A program made the translations under genes and the position numbers. A stretch of 64,000 bases of DNA, taken from contig CACXGN010000015.1 in NCBI GenBank assembly GCA_902767225.1, forward strand, positions 29,526 through 93,525. The letters are read 5' to 3'. A model generated the notes under the pieces. The model did not search any database and was not told where the DNA came from. It saw nothing but the letters and a program-made list of their open reading frames with translations. The first letter of the stretch is position 1. Each line of letters opens with the position of its first letter. Source of the DNA: an uncultured Eubacteriales bacterium. Its GTDB lineage: Bacteria; Bacillota; Clostridia; Christensenellales; Borkfalkiaceae. Below are positions 56,061 to 64,000 of the stretch, piece after piece.

Positions 56061-57031
56061 TGACGGATATATTAAATCTTTTAAAGACTTCTTCGGCATA
56101 CGGGATAGTTGCAGGCGATAAAGAAAACGGCAGAGTTTCGCACGCGTATCTGCTTATAACCCCCGATAAGAAGTTTATCGGAGAGTATCTTAAAGCGTTC
56201 GCAAAAACTTTGCTCGGTGCCGAAGAAGGATCGAGAATGGCTAATCTTATCGACGGGAATATTCATCCGGACGTTTTATATTATCCCAAAGATTCGGACG
56301 CGGTGGTTAAAGACGACGTTATCGATATTATCGAACAGAGTTACGTTAAGCCCATAGAGACCGAAAAAAAGATATTCATAATCGCAAACGCCGAAACCAT
56401 GAACGACGCGGCGCAAAACAAACTCTTAAAAACGCTTGAAGAACCGCCCGAAAACGTCTGTATTTTGATCGGCGCAACGGGGGAATATTCACTCCTTCCG
56501 ACCATTAAGTCAAGAACCAAAAAGTTAGAGATCGCAGCTTTTTCAAACGAAAAGATCGCGGAAGCGCTTAAATCGGAGTGCCCCGATAAAGAGAAACTAT
56601 CGCTTGCCGTGTCTTGCGGAGACGGAACGCTGGGGCGGGCGCTGGCGCTATATAACGATCAGTCGCTTACGGAGATAACTGACCTTGCGGCGGAGATATT
56701 AACCGATATGAAGTCGAGCAAAGAAGTTTTATACTATTCTACTAAAATCACCACCGCAAAGATAGACTTTGAAGAATTTCTGTCGGTATTAGAAGTTCTA
56801 CTTCGAGATCTTTTGGCGGCGGCGGATAATAGGGAAGAACTTATCTTCGATAAAAGAACGTTTTTAAAAATAAAGAACGCGCAAGGGTTTACGCGCGGCG
56901 CGATATTATATGCATTAGACGCCGTTAACGAGGCGGAAAAGAGAAGAAAGGCAAACACCAACGCCACTATGCTTAAAGAGTGGCTGTTATTCAAAATTTT
57001 GGAGGGGAAATTCAAATGGCGAAAATCATAG
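56060..57031 (+). CDS. holB: DNA polymerase III delta' subunit
   Basis: 323 aa. SHAYLL, NKLLKTLEEPP and SRT sensor motifs. Confidence 0.85.
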   Translation: MTDILNLLKTSSAYGIVAGDKENGRVSHAYLLITPDKKFIGEYLKAFAKTLLGAEEGSRMANLIDGNIHPDVLYYPKDSDAVVKDDVIDIIEQSYVKPIETEKKIFIIANAETMNDAAQNKLLKTLEEPPENVCILIGATGEYSLLPTIKSRTKKLEIAAFSNEKIAEALKSECPDKEKLSLAVSCGDGTLGRALALYNDQSLTEITDLAAEILTDMKSSKEVLYYSTKITTAKIDFEEFLSVLEVLLRDLLAAADNREELIFDKRTFLKIKNAQGFTRGAILYALDAVNEAEKRRKANTNATMLKEWLLFKILEGKFKWRKS

Positions 57032-57897
57032 GCGTTAAATTCAAAAACACGCTTAAAACATATTATTTTGCCCCGAACGGCAATAAGGAAGTTTATCCCG
57101 AAGGCTCGGGCGTTATCGTCGAAACGGCAAAGGGGTTAGAGTATGCAACCGTAGTTTTCGGCATTAAGGAGATAGCGGACGAAGAATTAAAATATCCGCT
57201 CAAAGAAATAGTCAGAAAGGCGAACGAAAAGGACGAAAAAACCGTTAAGGAAAACGAGGCAAAAATTCCCGAAGCATTAGAGATCGCGAATAAAAAGGTC
57301 GCCGAAAGAAAACTCGATATGAAACTTATCGGCGCGGAATATTCTTTCGACGGCAAAAAACTCGCCTTTTTCTTCACGGCGGATAACAGAATAGACTTCC
57401 GCGAATTAGTAAAAGACCTTGCGTCAGCATTTAAGCTACGCATCGAACTCCGTCAGGTCGGTATCCGTGACGAAACGAAACTTCTCGGCGGTATCGCCCC
57501 GTGCGGAAGGACTTGCTGCTGTGCAAGTTGTATGCCGGACTTTGCGAAAGTGTCAATTAAAATGGCTAAAAACCAAGGTTTGCACTTAAACCCGTCTAAA
57601 ATTTCGGGACTCTGCGGCAGGCTTATGTGCTGTTTAAGTTACGAGAACGAGTATTACGCCGGCGTATGCAAAAAAATGCCCAAGGTCGGCGGAACGGTCG
57701 GCACGCCCGAAGGCGAAGGGGTTGTCGTTTCAAACGATATGTTAAAACTTATCACCAAGGTCAAAATCGCCAAGCCGGACGGCAGCGAAGTTTATAAAGA
57801 TTTCCCGACGGATAGACTGGACTTTAAGCGTTGCCCCGTAAACACCAAGGAAGAAGACGAAGAAACGGACGAATTGACGGATAAAATTTCCGATTAG
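57016..57897 (+). CDS. ricT: PSP1-domain protein (stage 0 sporulation protein YaaT / RicT)
   Basis: Starts MAKIIGVKFKNTLKTYYF. Cys cluster CGRTCCCASC...CGRLMCCL. ATG 57016 is preferred to the track start at 56980. Confidence 0.85.
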   Translation: MAKIIGVKFKNTLKTYYFAPNGNKEVYPEGSGVIVETAKGLEYATVVFGIKEIADEELKYPLKEIVRKANEKDEKTVKENEAKIPEALEIANKKVAERKLDMKLIGAEYSFDGKKLAFFFTADNRIDFRELVKDLASAFKLRIELRQVGIRDETKLLGGIAPCGRTCCCASCMPDFAKVSIKMAKNQGLHLNPSKISGLCGRLMCCLSYENEYYAGVCKKMPKVGGTVGTPEGEGVVVSNDMLKLITKVKIAKPDGSEVYKDFPTDRLDFKRCPVNTKEEDEETDELTDKISD

Positions 57898-57958
57898 TTG
57901 TTTACAAAGAAAAATATTTGTGATAAAATTATTTTACAAGAAAGAGGAGGGTGCTATT

Positions 57959-58129
57959 ATGGCATATAAGATCAGTGATGCATGTATAATGTGCGGCGCT
58001 TGCGCCGATACTTGTCCGGTTGGAGCAATCAGTCAGGGTGATACTCAATACAATATCGACCCCGATACTTGCATGAGTTGCGGAGCGTGCGCTGCGGGTT
58101 GCCCCGTGGAAGCCATTTCCGAAGAATAA
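57959..58129 (+). CDS. 2x[4Fe-4S] ferredoxin
   Basis: 56 aa. Two CxxCxxCxxxCP motifs (CIMCGACADTCP and CMSCGACAAGCP). ATG follows GAGGAGGG. Confidence 0.9.
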   Translation: MAYKISDACIMCGACADTCPVGAISQGDTQYNIDPDTCMSCGACAAGCPVEAISEE

Positions 58130-58146
58130 TCTTTTAACCGAAATTT

Positions 58147-58177
58147 TAAGGCGCGAGTTATTCGCGCCTTAATTTTT
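58147..58177 (+). terminator. intrinsic terminator
   Basis: AAGGCGCGA-GUUA-UUCGCGCCUU followed by AAUUUUU. Confidence 0.7.
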
Positions 58178-58180
58178 AAA

Positions 58181-58843
58181 ATGTTAAAACTAGAAGATCT
58201 GTCCTTAGAAGGACTTAAAATTTATCAGGACGATAAGCTTTACCGTTTCACTTCCGATTCGGTGCTTTTGTCGCGCTTTGTTAAGGTAAAAAAGGGAGAC
58301 GTCGTTGCGGACTTTTGTTCGGGCAGCGGAATAGTGGGGCTTCATCTTTACGGGCTGAATAAGGTGATAAAAAGCGTAACGCTGTTTGAAATGCAAAAGC
58401 CGCTTGCCGATATGTCTTATTTAAGCGTTAAAGAAAACGGGTTGACCGATATTTTTAAGGTGGTCAACTGCAAACTGCAAGATATAGGCAGCGAGTATAA
58501 CGAAAAGTTTTCGCTTATCGTTTGCAACCCGCCATACGAACAGCCGTCTTCCGGCGAAAAGAAAAAAAGATCGGAGATCGCCGTTTGCCGCTCGGAAGAA
58601 ACGCTGACGCTTAAAGAACTCGTTCTCGCCGTTAAAAAGGCGCTTAAATTCGGCGGCAGGTTCAATATCGTTCATAGGGCGGATAGGCTTGCAGAAGTCG
58701 TTTTCGAGCTTAAAAATAACGGTTTAGAGCCAAAGCGATTGCAACTTATAAGCGGCGGAGATAAAGCGCCGTATTTAATGCTTTTAGAAGCGGTTAAGGG
58801 TGGCAAGAGCGGGATCAAAATAGAAAAAAACATAAGGAACTGA
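58181..58843 (+). CDS. SAM-dependent methyltransferase, tRNA (adenine37-N6)-methyltransferase-like (YabB/TrmN6)
   Basis: 220 aa. DFCSGSG SAM motif and CNPPY catalytic motif. Confidence 0.75.
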   Translation: MLKLEDLSLEGLKIYQDDKLYRFTSDSVLLSRFVKVKKGDVVADFCSGSGIVGLHLYGLNKVIKSVTLFEMQKPLADMSYLSVKENGLTDIFKVVNCKLQDIGSEYNEKFSLIVCNPPYEQPSSGEKKKRSEIAVCRSEETLTLKELVLAVKKALKFGGRFNIVHRADRLAEVVFELKNNGLEPKRLQLISGGDKAPYLMLLEAVKGGKSGIKIEKNIRN

Positions 58844-58844
58844 A

Positions 58845-59642
58845 ATGCTTTATTTTGTGGGAACGCCGATAGGCAACTTAAAAGATATATCTTACCGCGC
58901 GGTGGAAGTGCTAAACGGTGTTGACGAGATCGCGTGCGAAGATACAAGGCACTCCGCCACACTGCTTGCGCGGTATGAAATAAAAAAGCCGCTCTTTTCG
59001 TATCATAAATTCAACGAAAAAGAGGCGGGCGAAAAGATAATCGAAAAATTAAAGGCGGGCAAAAACATAGCCGTAATATCGGACGCGGGTATGCCCGTTA
59101 TATCCGACCCCGGCAACGTTTTATGCAAACTTTTAATTGAAGAAGGGCTGGAATTTACGGTTGTTCCGGGTGCTTCCGCCTGCCTATCCGCCTTGCTTTT
59201 AAGCGGGCTCGATTCAAGCAGGTTTACCTTTTTGGGATTTTTGCCGCAAAAGGCGGGGGAACGCCGCGAATTTTTGGAAAAATATAAGTCGCTCGATACC
59301 ACGCTTATTTTCTATTCCGCCCCGCACGACGTTAAAAAAGACGTTGAAAGTATATACGAAGTTTTCGGCGAAAGAACTTGCGTCGCCGTTAAAGAGATAA
59401 CTAAAATGTTCGAAAGAGCGGAAAGGTTTAACTTAAAAGACGGATACCAAAGCGATCCTAAGGGTGAATACGTTTTGGTTATAGAAGGCTTTTCGGGCGA
59501 AGATTTTTCAAACCTTTCGGAAAAGGAACATATAGATAAATATTTATCGCAAGGCATGGATAAAAAAGAAGCCTTAAAAAGGGTAGCAAAGGAAAGGGGC
59601 GTAAGCAAGTCTTCCCTTTATAAATATACGATAGAATATTAA
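58845..59642 (+). CDS. rsmI: 16S rRNA (cytidine1402-2'-O)-methyltransferase
   Basis: 265 aa. LYFVGTPIGNLKDIS...CEDTRHS...SDAGMPVISDPG. Confidence 0.9.
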   Translation: MLYFVGTPIGNLKDISYRAVEVLNGVDEIACEDTRHSATLLARYEIKKPLFSYHKFNEKEAGEKIIEKLKAGKNIAVISDAGMPVISDPGNVLCKLLIEEGLEFTVVPGASACLSALLLSGLDSSRFTFLGFLPQKAGERREFLEKYKSLDTTLIFYSAPHDVKKDVESIYEVFGERTCVAVKEITKMFERAERFNLKDGYQSDPKGEYVLVIEGFSGEDFSNLSEKEHIDKYLSQGMDKKEALKRVAKERGVSKSSLYKYTIEY

Positions 59643-59656
59643 GAGTATTAAAAATA

Positions 59657-59689
59657 TAAAAAGTCGCGGCAATTTGCCGCGACTTTTTA
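59657..59689. terminator. bidirectional hairpin terminator
   Basis: AGUCGCGGCA-AUU-UGCCGCGACU flanked by A-runs and T-runs. Confidence 0.8.
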
Positions 59690-59698
59690 CTTGTTATA

Positions 59699-60175
59699 TT
59701 ATTTTCTGTCCGTGCTGCCGAGACCGCCCGTTCTTTCGGCAAAACAGTCGTCGTCGTAAGTTATGCCGTATTCAACGAAAATTCCTTGGGCAAAAGCCTT
59801 GCCCTTTTCTATATTTATAGGTTCGTTTCCACAGTTGGTCATCTTTATAAATATATGCCCTTCGTTTTCGGCAAAGTAATAGTCGCTGTCTATTATGCCG
59901 ACGGTATTATTCAAAGTCAGTCTGTATTTAAAGCCCAAAGAAGATCGCGGGTAAATTTTAAGCACCCAGCCTTCGTCTATCTTTGCCCTTATTCCCGTCG
60001 GGACTTTTATACTTTCGCCGCTGTTAAGGGTAAAGGAGAACGGCGCGAAAAAATCGTATCCGGCGCTGCCTGCCGTCGCCCTTTTGGGAAGAATAATATC
60101 TTTATAGGTTTCTTCCGCGGAAGATTTTATATATTCATTTAAACTGACTTTTTCAAACGTCGCTATTCTTTTCAT
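59699..60175 (-). CDS. dut: dUTP diphosphatase
   Basis: AGSAGYDF, RSSLG and GIIDSDY motifs. ATG 60175 (MKRIATF) follows AGGTGA. The track's GTG at 60184 lies inside that SD. Confidence 0.85.
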   Translation of the reverse strand: MKRIATFEKVSLNEYIKSSAEETYKDIILPKRATAGSAGYDFFAPFSFTLNSGESIKVPTGIRAKIDEGWVLKIYPRSSLGFKYRLTLNNTVGIIDSDYYFAENEGHIFIKMTNCGNEPINIEKGKAFAQGIFVEYGITYDDDCFAERTGGLGSTDRK

Positions 60176-60220
60176 TTTTATCACCTAATTGATTATATCA
60201 TATAAAGGCGTGATTTACAA

Positions 60221-60250
60221 TAAAAAAATCCCCACGGTAACCGTGGGGAT
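60221..60250 (-). terminator. intrinsic terminator of rhaA
   Basis: Minus strand: AUCCCCACGG-UUA-CCGUGGGGAU followed by UUUUUUU. Confidence 0.8.
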
Positions 60251-60260
60251 AAATTTTAGA

Positions 60261-61517
60261 TTAAGCGCGTTTAGCAAGAACTTCTTTTTCGTATTTATTA
60301 AGTTCGTCAAAGAATTCACACTCGGTAGGAACGCCTGCGCGACGGCAGTATTCGTCCCATATATCGCTGAAAGGAAGAACTTTCGCGGCTTCTTGCTTAA
60401 CGAAAAGTTCCCAAAGTTTTCCTTCGTCTTGAAGGTTTTTGAGCATTTCGCTGGGAATAAGCATAGCGTTAAGTAAAGCCTTCTGCCAACTTCTTAATCC
60501 CACCGCCCAAGAAGCGATACGGTTGATGCTTGCGTCAAAATAGTCAAGCGCCATATAAACTCTGTCCAAAGCGTTGCAACGAACGATTTCTTTCGCCATC
60601 TCTTTGGTTTCGTCGTCAAATAAAACCGAGTGATCGGAGTCCCAACGAACGGGGCGGGTGATATGGAGCGCGATTTCGGGGAAGAAGCAAAGAAGTGCGG
60701 GGATCTTATCCGAAACTACTTCGGTCGGGTGATAGTGCCCGTTATCCATAAGGGGCATGCACTTATCTTTGTGTTCAGCCGCAAAGCTTAAAGCGAATTC
60801 GCCGCTGCCTACAGTATAAGATTCTACGCCGATACCGAAAACTTTGGATTCAACGCAGGGTTTTACCATATTGTAATCATAAGGTTCCGATAGTATCTGT
60901 TCGATACTGTCTTTATATCTCATTCTTGGTCCCATTCTGTCCGCGGGGATATCTTTAAAGCCGTCGCCCGTCCAGATATTCATAACGCAGGGGATACCCG
61001 TTTCTTTTGCAAAGTATTCGGAAATTCTGATGCACGCTTTACCGTGCGCGATCCAGAACTTTCTTGTTTCTTCGTCGGGCGAAGAAAGGGTAAGTCCGTT
61101 TTTAACTTTGGGGTGAGAGAAGAAAGTCGGGTTAAAATCGATACCCATTTTATATTTTTTAGCAAGGTCAACCCACTTTTTGAAGTGTTTGGGCTCTATC
61201 TTGTCTCTATCGACAAATTCGCCCTTTTCAAAAATGGCGTAGCATGCGTGAACGTTTAACTTTTTAGCGCCGGGGCAGATAGCAAGCACCTTTTCGATGT
61301 CTTGCATAAGTTCTTCGGGCGTTCTTGCTTTATAGGGATAATGTCCGGTCGTCTGTATGCCGCCGGTCAAAGGACCGTCGTGATCGAAACCGGTAACGTC
61401 GTCCCCTTGCCAACAGTGCAAAGAGATCGGAACGGTTTTAAGTTTTTCGAGAACCGCTTCGGTATCGATCCCGAGTTTTGCGTAGATTTCTTTTGCAGAT
61501 TCGTATCTTGAACTCAT
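60261..61517 (-). CDS. rhaA: L-rhamnose isomerase
   Basis: 418 aa. SLHCWQGDDVTGFD signature near the N-terminus, as in E. coli RhaA. Confidence 0.85.
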   Translation of the reverse strand: MSSRYESAKEIYAKLGIDTEAVLEKLKTVPISLHCWQGDDVTGFDHDGPLTGGIQTTGHYPYKARTPEELMQDIEKVLAICPGAKKLNVHACYAIFEKGEFVDRDKIEPKHFKKWVDLAKKYKMGIDFNPTFFSHPKVKNGLTLSSPDEETRKFWIAHGKACIRISEYFAKETGIPCVMNIWTGDGFKDIPADRMGPRMRYKDSIEQILSEPYDYNMVKPCVESKVFGIGVESYTVGSGEFALSFAAEHKDKCMPLMDNGHYHPTEVVSDKIPALLCFFPEIALHITRPVRWDSDHSVLFDDETKEMAKEIVRCNALDRVYMALDYFDASINRIASWAVGLRSWQKALLNAMLIPSEMLKNLQDEGKLWELFVKQEAAKVLPFSDIWDEYCRRAGVPTECEFFDELNKYEKEVLAKRA

Positions 61518-61594
61518 CTTTATCTCCTTAAATAATTTTAAGTTTATTTTAAAAGTATTCTATCATAAAAAGGTTAACCCGTCAACATAAAAAA

Positions 61595-62272
61595 TCAAAG
61601 AATATTTTTAATTTCGGCAAGAGTTTTCACCGTAAAATCTGGCATAAAATTTTTATCGGGCGTTTTATTAAACCTATCGAGATAGCAAGTTGTAAGCCCA
61701 TATCGCTTTCCGCCGGTTATATCCGCCGTAACGGAATCGCCTATCATTATAACTTCGGACTTATTTTTAGCGGGAGAGTGCGATAGGCAGTAATCGAAAA
61801 ACTCTTTGCTCGGTTTATCAGCTCCCACGTTTGAAGAAACGAATATATCGTTGAAATATTGAAGTAGCCCCGCCTTTTTAAGCCTGTTGATCTGCTGGGT
61901 ATAAAAGGCGTTGCTGGCAACCGCCAAAAAATACTTTTTCGAAAGATATTCCAAAAGTTCTTTTGCTCCGTCCACGGTGATTGAAGATTCGTTAAGATAG
62001 GTGCGGAAAGTCTTCTCAAACGCCTTTCCGTCGGCAGAGATATTTAAAAGGGAAAAGATACTGTCAAACCTTGTGTCGTGCAGATAATCTCGCGTTATTT
62101 CGCCGCGTTCAACCCTTTGCCAAAGACTGTCGTTAACTTTAACGAAGGTATCCTTTAACGTGGCAGAATAGGGTATCCCGTATTCTTTGCAAGCGGATTC
62201 AATGGAAAAGCCCGCGCACTCTCTGAAATCTAAAATCGTGTCGTCAACGTCGATCAAAACGGTTTTTATCAT
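61595..62272 (-). CDS. HAD-superfamily hydrolase (YjjG-like)
   Basis: 225 aa. IDVDDTILDF motif I and GDSVTADI motif IV. Confidence 0.7.
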   Translation of the reverse strand: MIKTVLIDVDDTILDFRECAGFSIESACKEYGIPYSATLKDTFVKVNDSLWQRVERGEITRDYLHDTRFDSIFSLLNISADGKAFEKTFRTYLNESSITVDGAKELLEYLSKKYFLAVASNAFYTQQINRLKKAGLLQYFNDIFVSSNVGADKPSKEFFDYCLSHSPAKNKSEVIMIGDSVTADITGGKRYGLTTCYLDRFNKTPDKNFMPDFTVKTLAEIKNIL

Positions 62273-62362
62273 ACGTCTATTATATCATATCTTTATAAAT
62301 TATCCTTATCTTTTGGCGGCAAAAACAAAAAATATGGTGTAAAATAGCGCCGGAATTGCCCC

Positions 62363-62391
62363 TTGACAAAAGGGATATGCGGTTATATAAT
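62363..62391 (+). promoter_or_regulatory. consensus promoter
   Basis: TTGACA (62363-62368), 17 bp, TATAAT (62386-62391). Confidence 0.6.
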
Positions 62392-62424
62392 ATATTCGTT
62401 AATTTAAAAAAGGGGACTTGATCT

Positions 62425-63051
62425 ATGGGTGATTTTTCTGGGATCAAAAAGAGCGGCGGTTTTACCTTGGCCAAAAGGTTTATATTCCCGACTATAAGTT
62501 TGATGTTGATTTTATCTTTCGTGCTTGCGCTCGTTTTGCCGTTTATTAAATTCGTTTTTATCAGCGGAGACGAAATAACGCTCGAAGGCGCGTTTTTGAT
62601 CGCCACCACAAAAAATATAGGCGGTGCGGCGTTTAACTTCGAATCGCTTGAAATAATGCTCGGAAATGGTGCGGAAGTATACATATATTCGGCGTGCGCA
62701 GCCATGTGCTTTTTAGCGGTTATCGTTTTTGCGGACTTTCTTGTATGCGTGTTTATGGCGGGCAAATTCAACAGAGCGGTGTTTAAAACGAGTATAATTT
62801 TATCCGCCGCGGCAGTCGTGCTTTTGGTAGTTATAAACGTTCATTTCTATTCGCTTAGCGATATCGCAATGAAAGTTCCTGGGCTTAATCTTAACGGCGC
62901 GTGCCGTTCGCTGTTTATTATTCCGCTTGCCATTTCTGCGGCGGCGCTCTGTTTCAGCATATTAACGCTGATCGTTTTAAGAAATTCCGAAGACTACGAA
63001 AGAAGTTTCTTGGGCGAAATTTTCAAGAAGAACAAAAAGAAATCTAAATAA
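62425..63051 (+). CDS. multi-pass membrane protein, function unknown
   Basis: 208 aa with about five hydrophobic helices. No motif recognised. Confidence 0.5.
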   Translation: MGDFSGIKKSGGFTLAKRFIFPTISLMLILSFVLALVLPFIKFVFISGDEITLEGAFLIATTKNIGGAAFNFESLEIMLGNGAEVYIYSACAAMCFLAVIVFADFLVCVFMAGKFNRAVFKTSIILSAAAVVLLVVINVHFYSLSDIAMKVPGLNLNGACRSLFIIPLAISAAALCFSILTLIVLRNSEDYERSFLGEIFKKNKKKSK

Positions 63052-63074
63052 TATATAGTTTTTTCATTTTTAAT

Positions 63075-63117
63075 TTAACCCCGCGGCGAAACTTCGCCGC
63101 GGGGTTAATTTATTTTT
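63075..63117. terminator. long GC-rich bidirectional hairpin terminator
   Basis: UUAACCCCGCGGCGAA-AC-UUCGCCGCGGGGUUAA (16-bp stem) followed by UUUAUUUUUU. Confidence 0.8.
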
Positions 63118-63139
63118 TATATGTAATTGTATTTATAAG

Positions 63140-63481
63140 TTACTGTTTTTCGGGTTTAGTATATTGCTTTAATATGTTTTCCGAAACGTGGCTAACGGGC
63201 AGGGTAAAGAATATTCCTTTTGCGTCAGTTTCCGTTCCCGCTTTTTCGTAAAGTTTTTTAAGGATCGGATCGACCATATCTTCTTTAACGAGAATTAGCG
63301 CGATTTCCTTTTCGGGGTGGATGCCTATGCCGTAAAGTTTCATCGCCTCTGCCGAAACGCTTCCGTTTGCGGGGATAATTGTGCCACCCCTTGCGCCCAA
63401 GTCTTTTGCAACTTCCATAACAAGGTCAGAGTAGCCTTCATTTATTATCGCAACTATATTTAATATTTTAACTTCTTCCAT
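63140..63481 (-). CDS. P-II-like signal-transduction family protein
   Basis: 113 aa. beta-alpha-beta layout (LNIVAIINEGYSDLVMEVAKDLGARGGTII...GIFFTLPV). Confidence 0.6.
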   Translation of the reverse strand: MEEVKILNIVAIINEGYSDLVMEVAKDLGARGGTIIPANGSVSAEAMKLYGIGIHPEKEIALILVKEDMVDPILKKLYEKAGTETDAKGIFFTLPVSHVSENILKQYTKPEKQ

Positions 63482-63482
63482 T

Positions 63483-63815
63483 TTACACCCCTCCTTTTGC
63501 CAACGCCATATAACTCGATACGCCTATTATTCTTTCAAGCGGCACGGCATATGCCATAGAAATCTTTTTATGGAAACCCGTGTATTTATCTTGGATTGCC
63601 AAAACGGCGTCTTTAACTTTATCCTTTTTTATTACGCAGAACATAATTTCTTTGGTAAAGACTTTTTCAGTGCTACCCCTTGCATAAGTGGATAAAAAGG
63701 CGGTAACGTCATACTTTTCAAGCATATCGCCGATTATTTCTTTTTTGCCTTTCGGAATAGTTATCACCAAAAGATAAAGTTTAGCGAGATTTTTTCTTTT
63801 TTTCATGTTATTCAC
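63483..63815 (-). CDS. P-II-like family protein (second, divergent copy)
   Basis: 110 aa. LYLLVITIPKGKKEIIGDMLEKYDVTAF.... GTG 63815 or ATG 63806 start. Confidence 0.5.
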   Translation of the reverse strand: MNNMKKRKNLAKLYLLVITIPKGKKEIIGDMLEKYDVTAFLSTYARGSTEKVFTKEIMFCVIKKDKVKDAVLAIQDKYTGFHKKISMAYAVPLERIIGVSSYMALAKGGV

Positions 63816-64000
63816 CGAACGAGATGATTATATTGTCATCTTCTTTCAAAACGCGTTTTATTTCTTTCTTTGCTCTTCTTTTATTATTGAATAGTGATAT
63901 CACGCCGAGAATTTCTATGGATAGTAGCGGGCTTAGGGCAACCAGCGAAACGATACCGAACCCGAAGTTCAATATCTGATCCACACCGTTAAGTGCCGTG
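63808..64000 (-). CDS. C-terminal end of a membrane protein (DUF1538-like), truncated by the window edge
   Basis: My translation of the minus strand: ...TALNGVDQILNFGFGIVSLVALSPLLSIEILGVISLFNNKRRAKKEIKRVLKEDDNIIISFGE*. The DUF1538 assignment rests on the usual DUF1538 + paired P-II-like gene context and is tentative. Confidence 0.4.
   Translation of the reverse strand, partial: TALNGVDQILNFGFGIVSLVALSPLLSIEILGVISLFNNKRRAKKEIKRVLKEDDNIIISFGE

Overview
AT-rich chromosomal segment that looks like a spore-forming Bacillota (Clostridia-like) genome: Coat-F-like and DUF1540 genes, a yaaT/ricT homologue, and a B. subtilis-like yaaO-tmk-holB-yaaT-yabB-rsmI gene order. Most of the window is housekeeping. 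It holds five aminoacyl-tRNA synthetase genes (serS partial, cysS, a short alaS, tyrS, lysS), cysE, a seven-gene aromatic amino-acid operon (DAHP synthase, tyrA, aroB, aroA, aroC, pheA, aroQ), GTP-PEPCK, cardiolipin synthase, rplI, greA, dut, rhaA, an ArsR/HMA/P1B-ATPase metal-efflux operon, a galactofuranose-type envelope glycosylation cluster, one tRNA-Arg(ACG), and a lysine riboswitch in front of an NhaC-family transporter. I saw no transposase, integrase, CRISPR array, rRNA or recognisable defence system. The strongest unlisted signal is a 17-codon leader ORF (MRKSFFFYYAYYFKRPY), too small for the ORF track. It has its own near-consensus promoter, an SD sequence, and mutually exclusive antiterminator and terminator helices immediately upstream of the aro operon. 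This is a candidate Phe/Tyr ribosome-stalling attenuator. Other points worth a second look: (1) a tandem array of three giant secreted paralogues (20.6-32.3 kb) with shared unassigned modules, patchy near-identical tracts, and one copy broken by a single in-frame TAA; (2) a tRNA-Arg locus surrounded by direct and inverted fragments of the same tRNA; (3) an NhaC transporter carrying an N-terminal DnaJ-type zinc-finger motif; (4) an AlaRS that ends right after the editing domain; (5) a second in-frame-TAA-interrupted gene (membrane/SHOCT). All functional calls come from motif recognition by eye; no database search was run.
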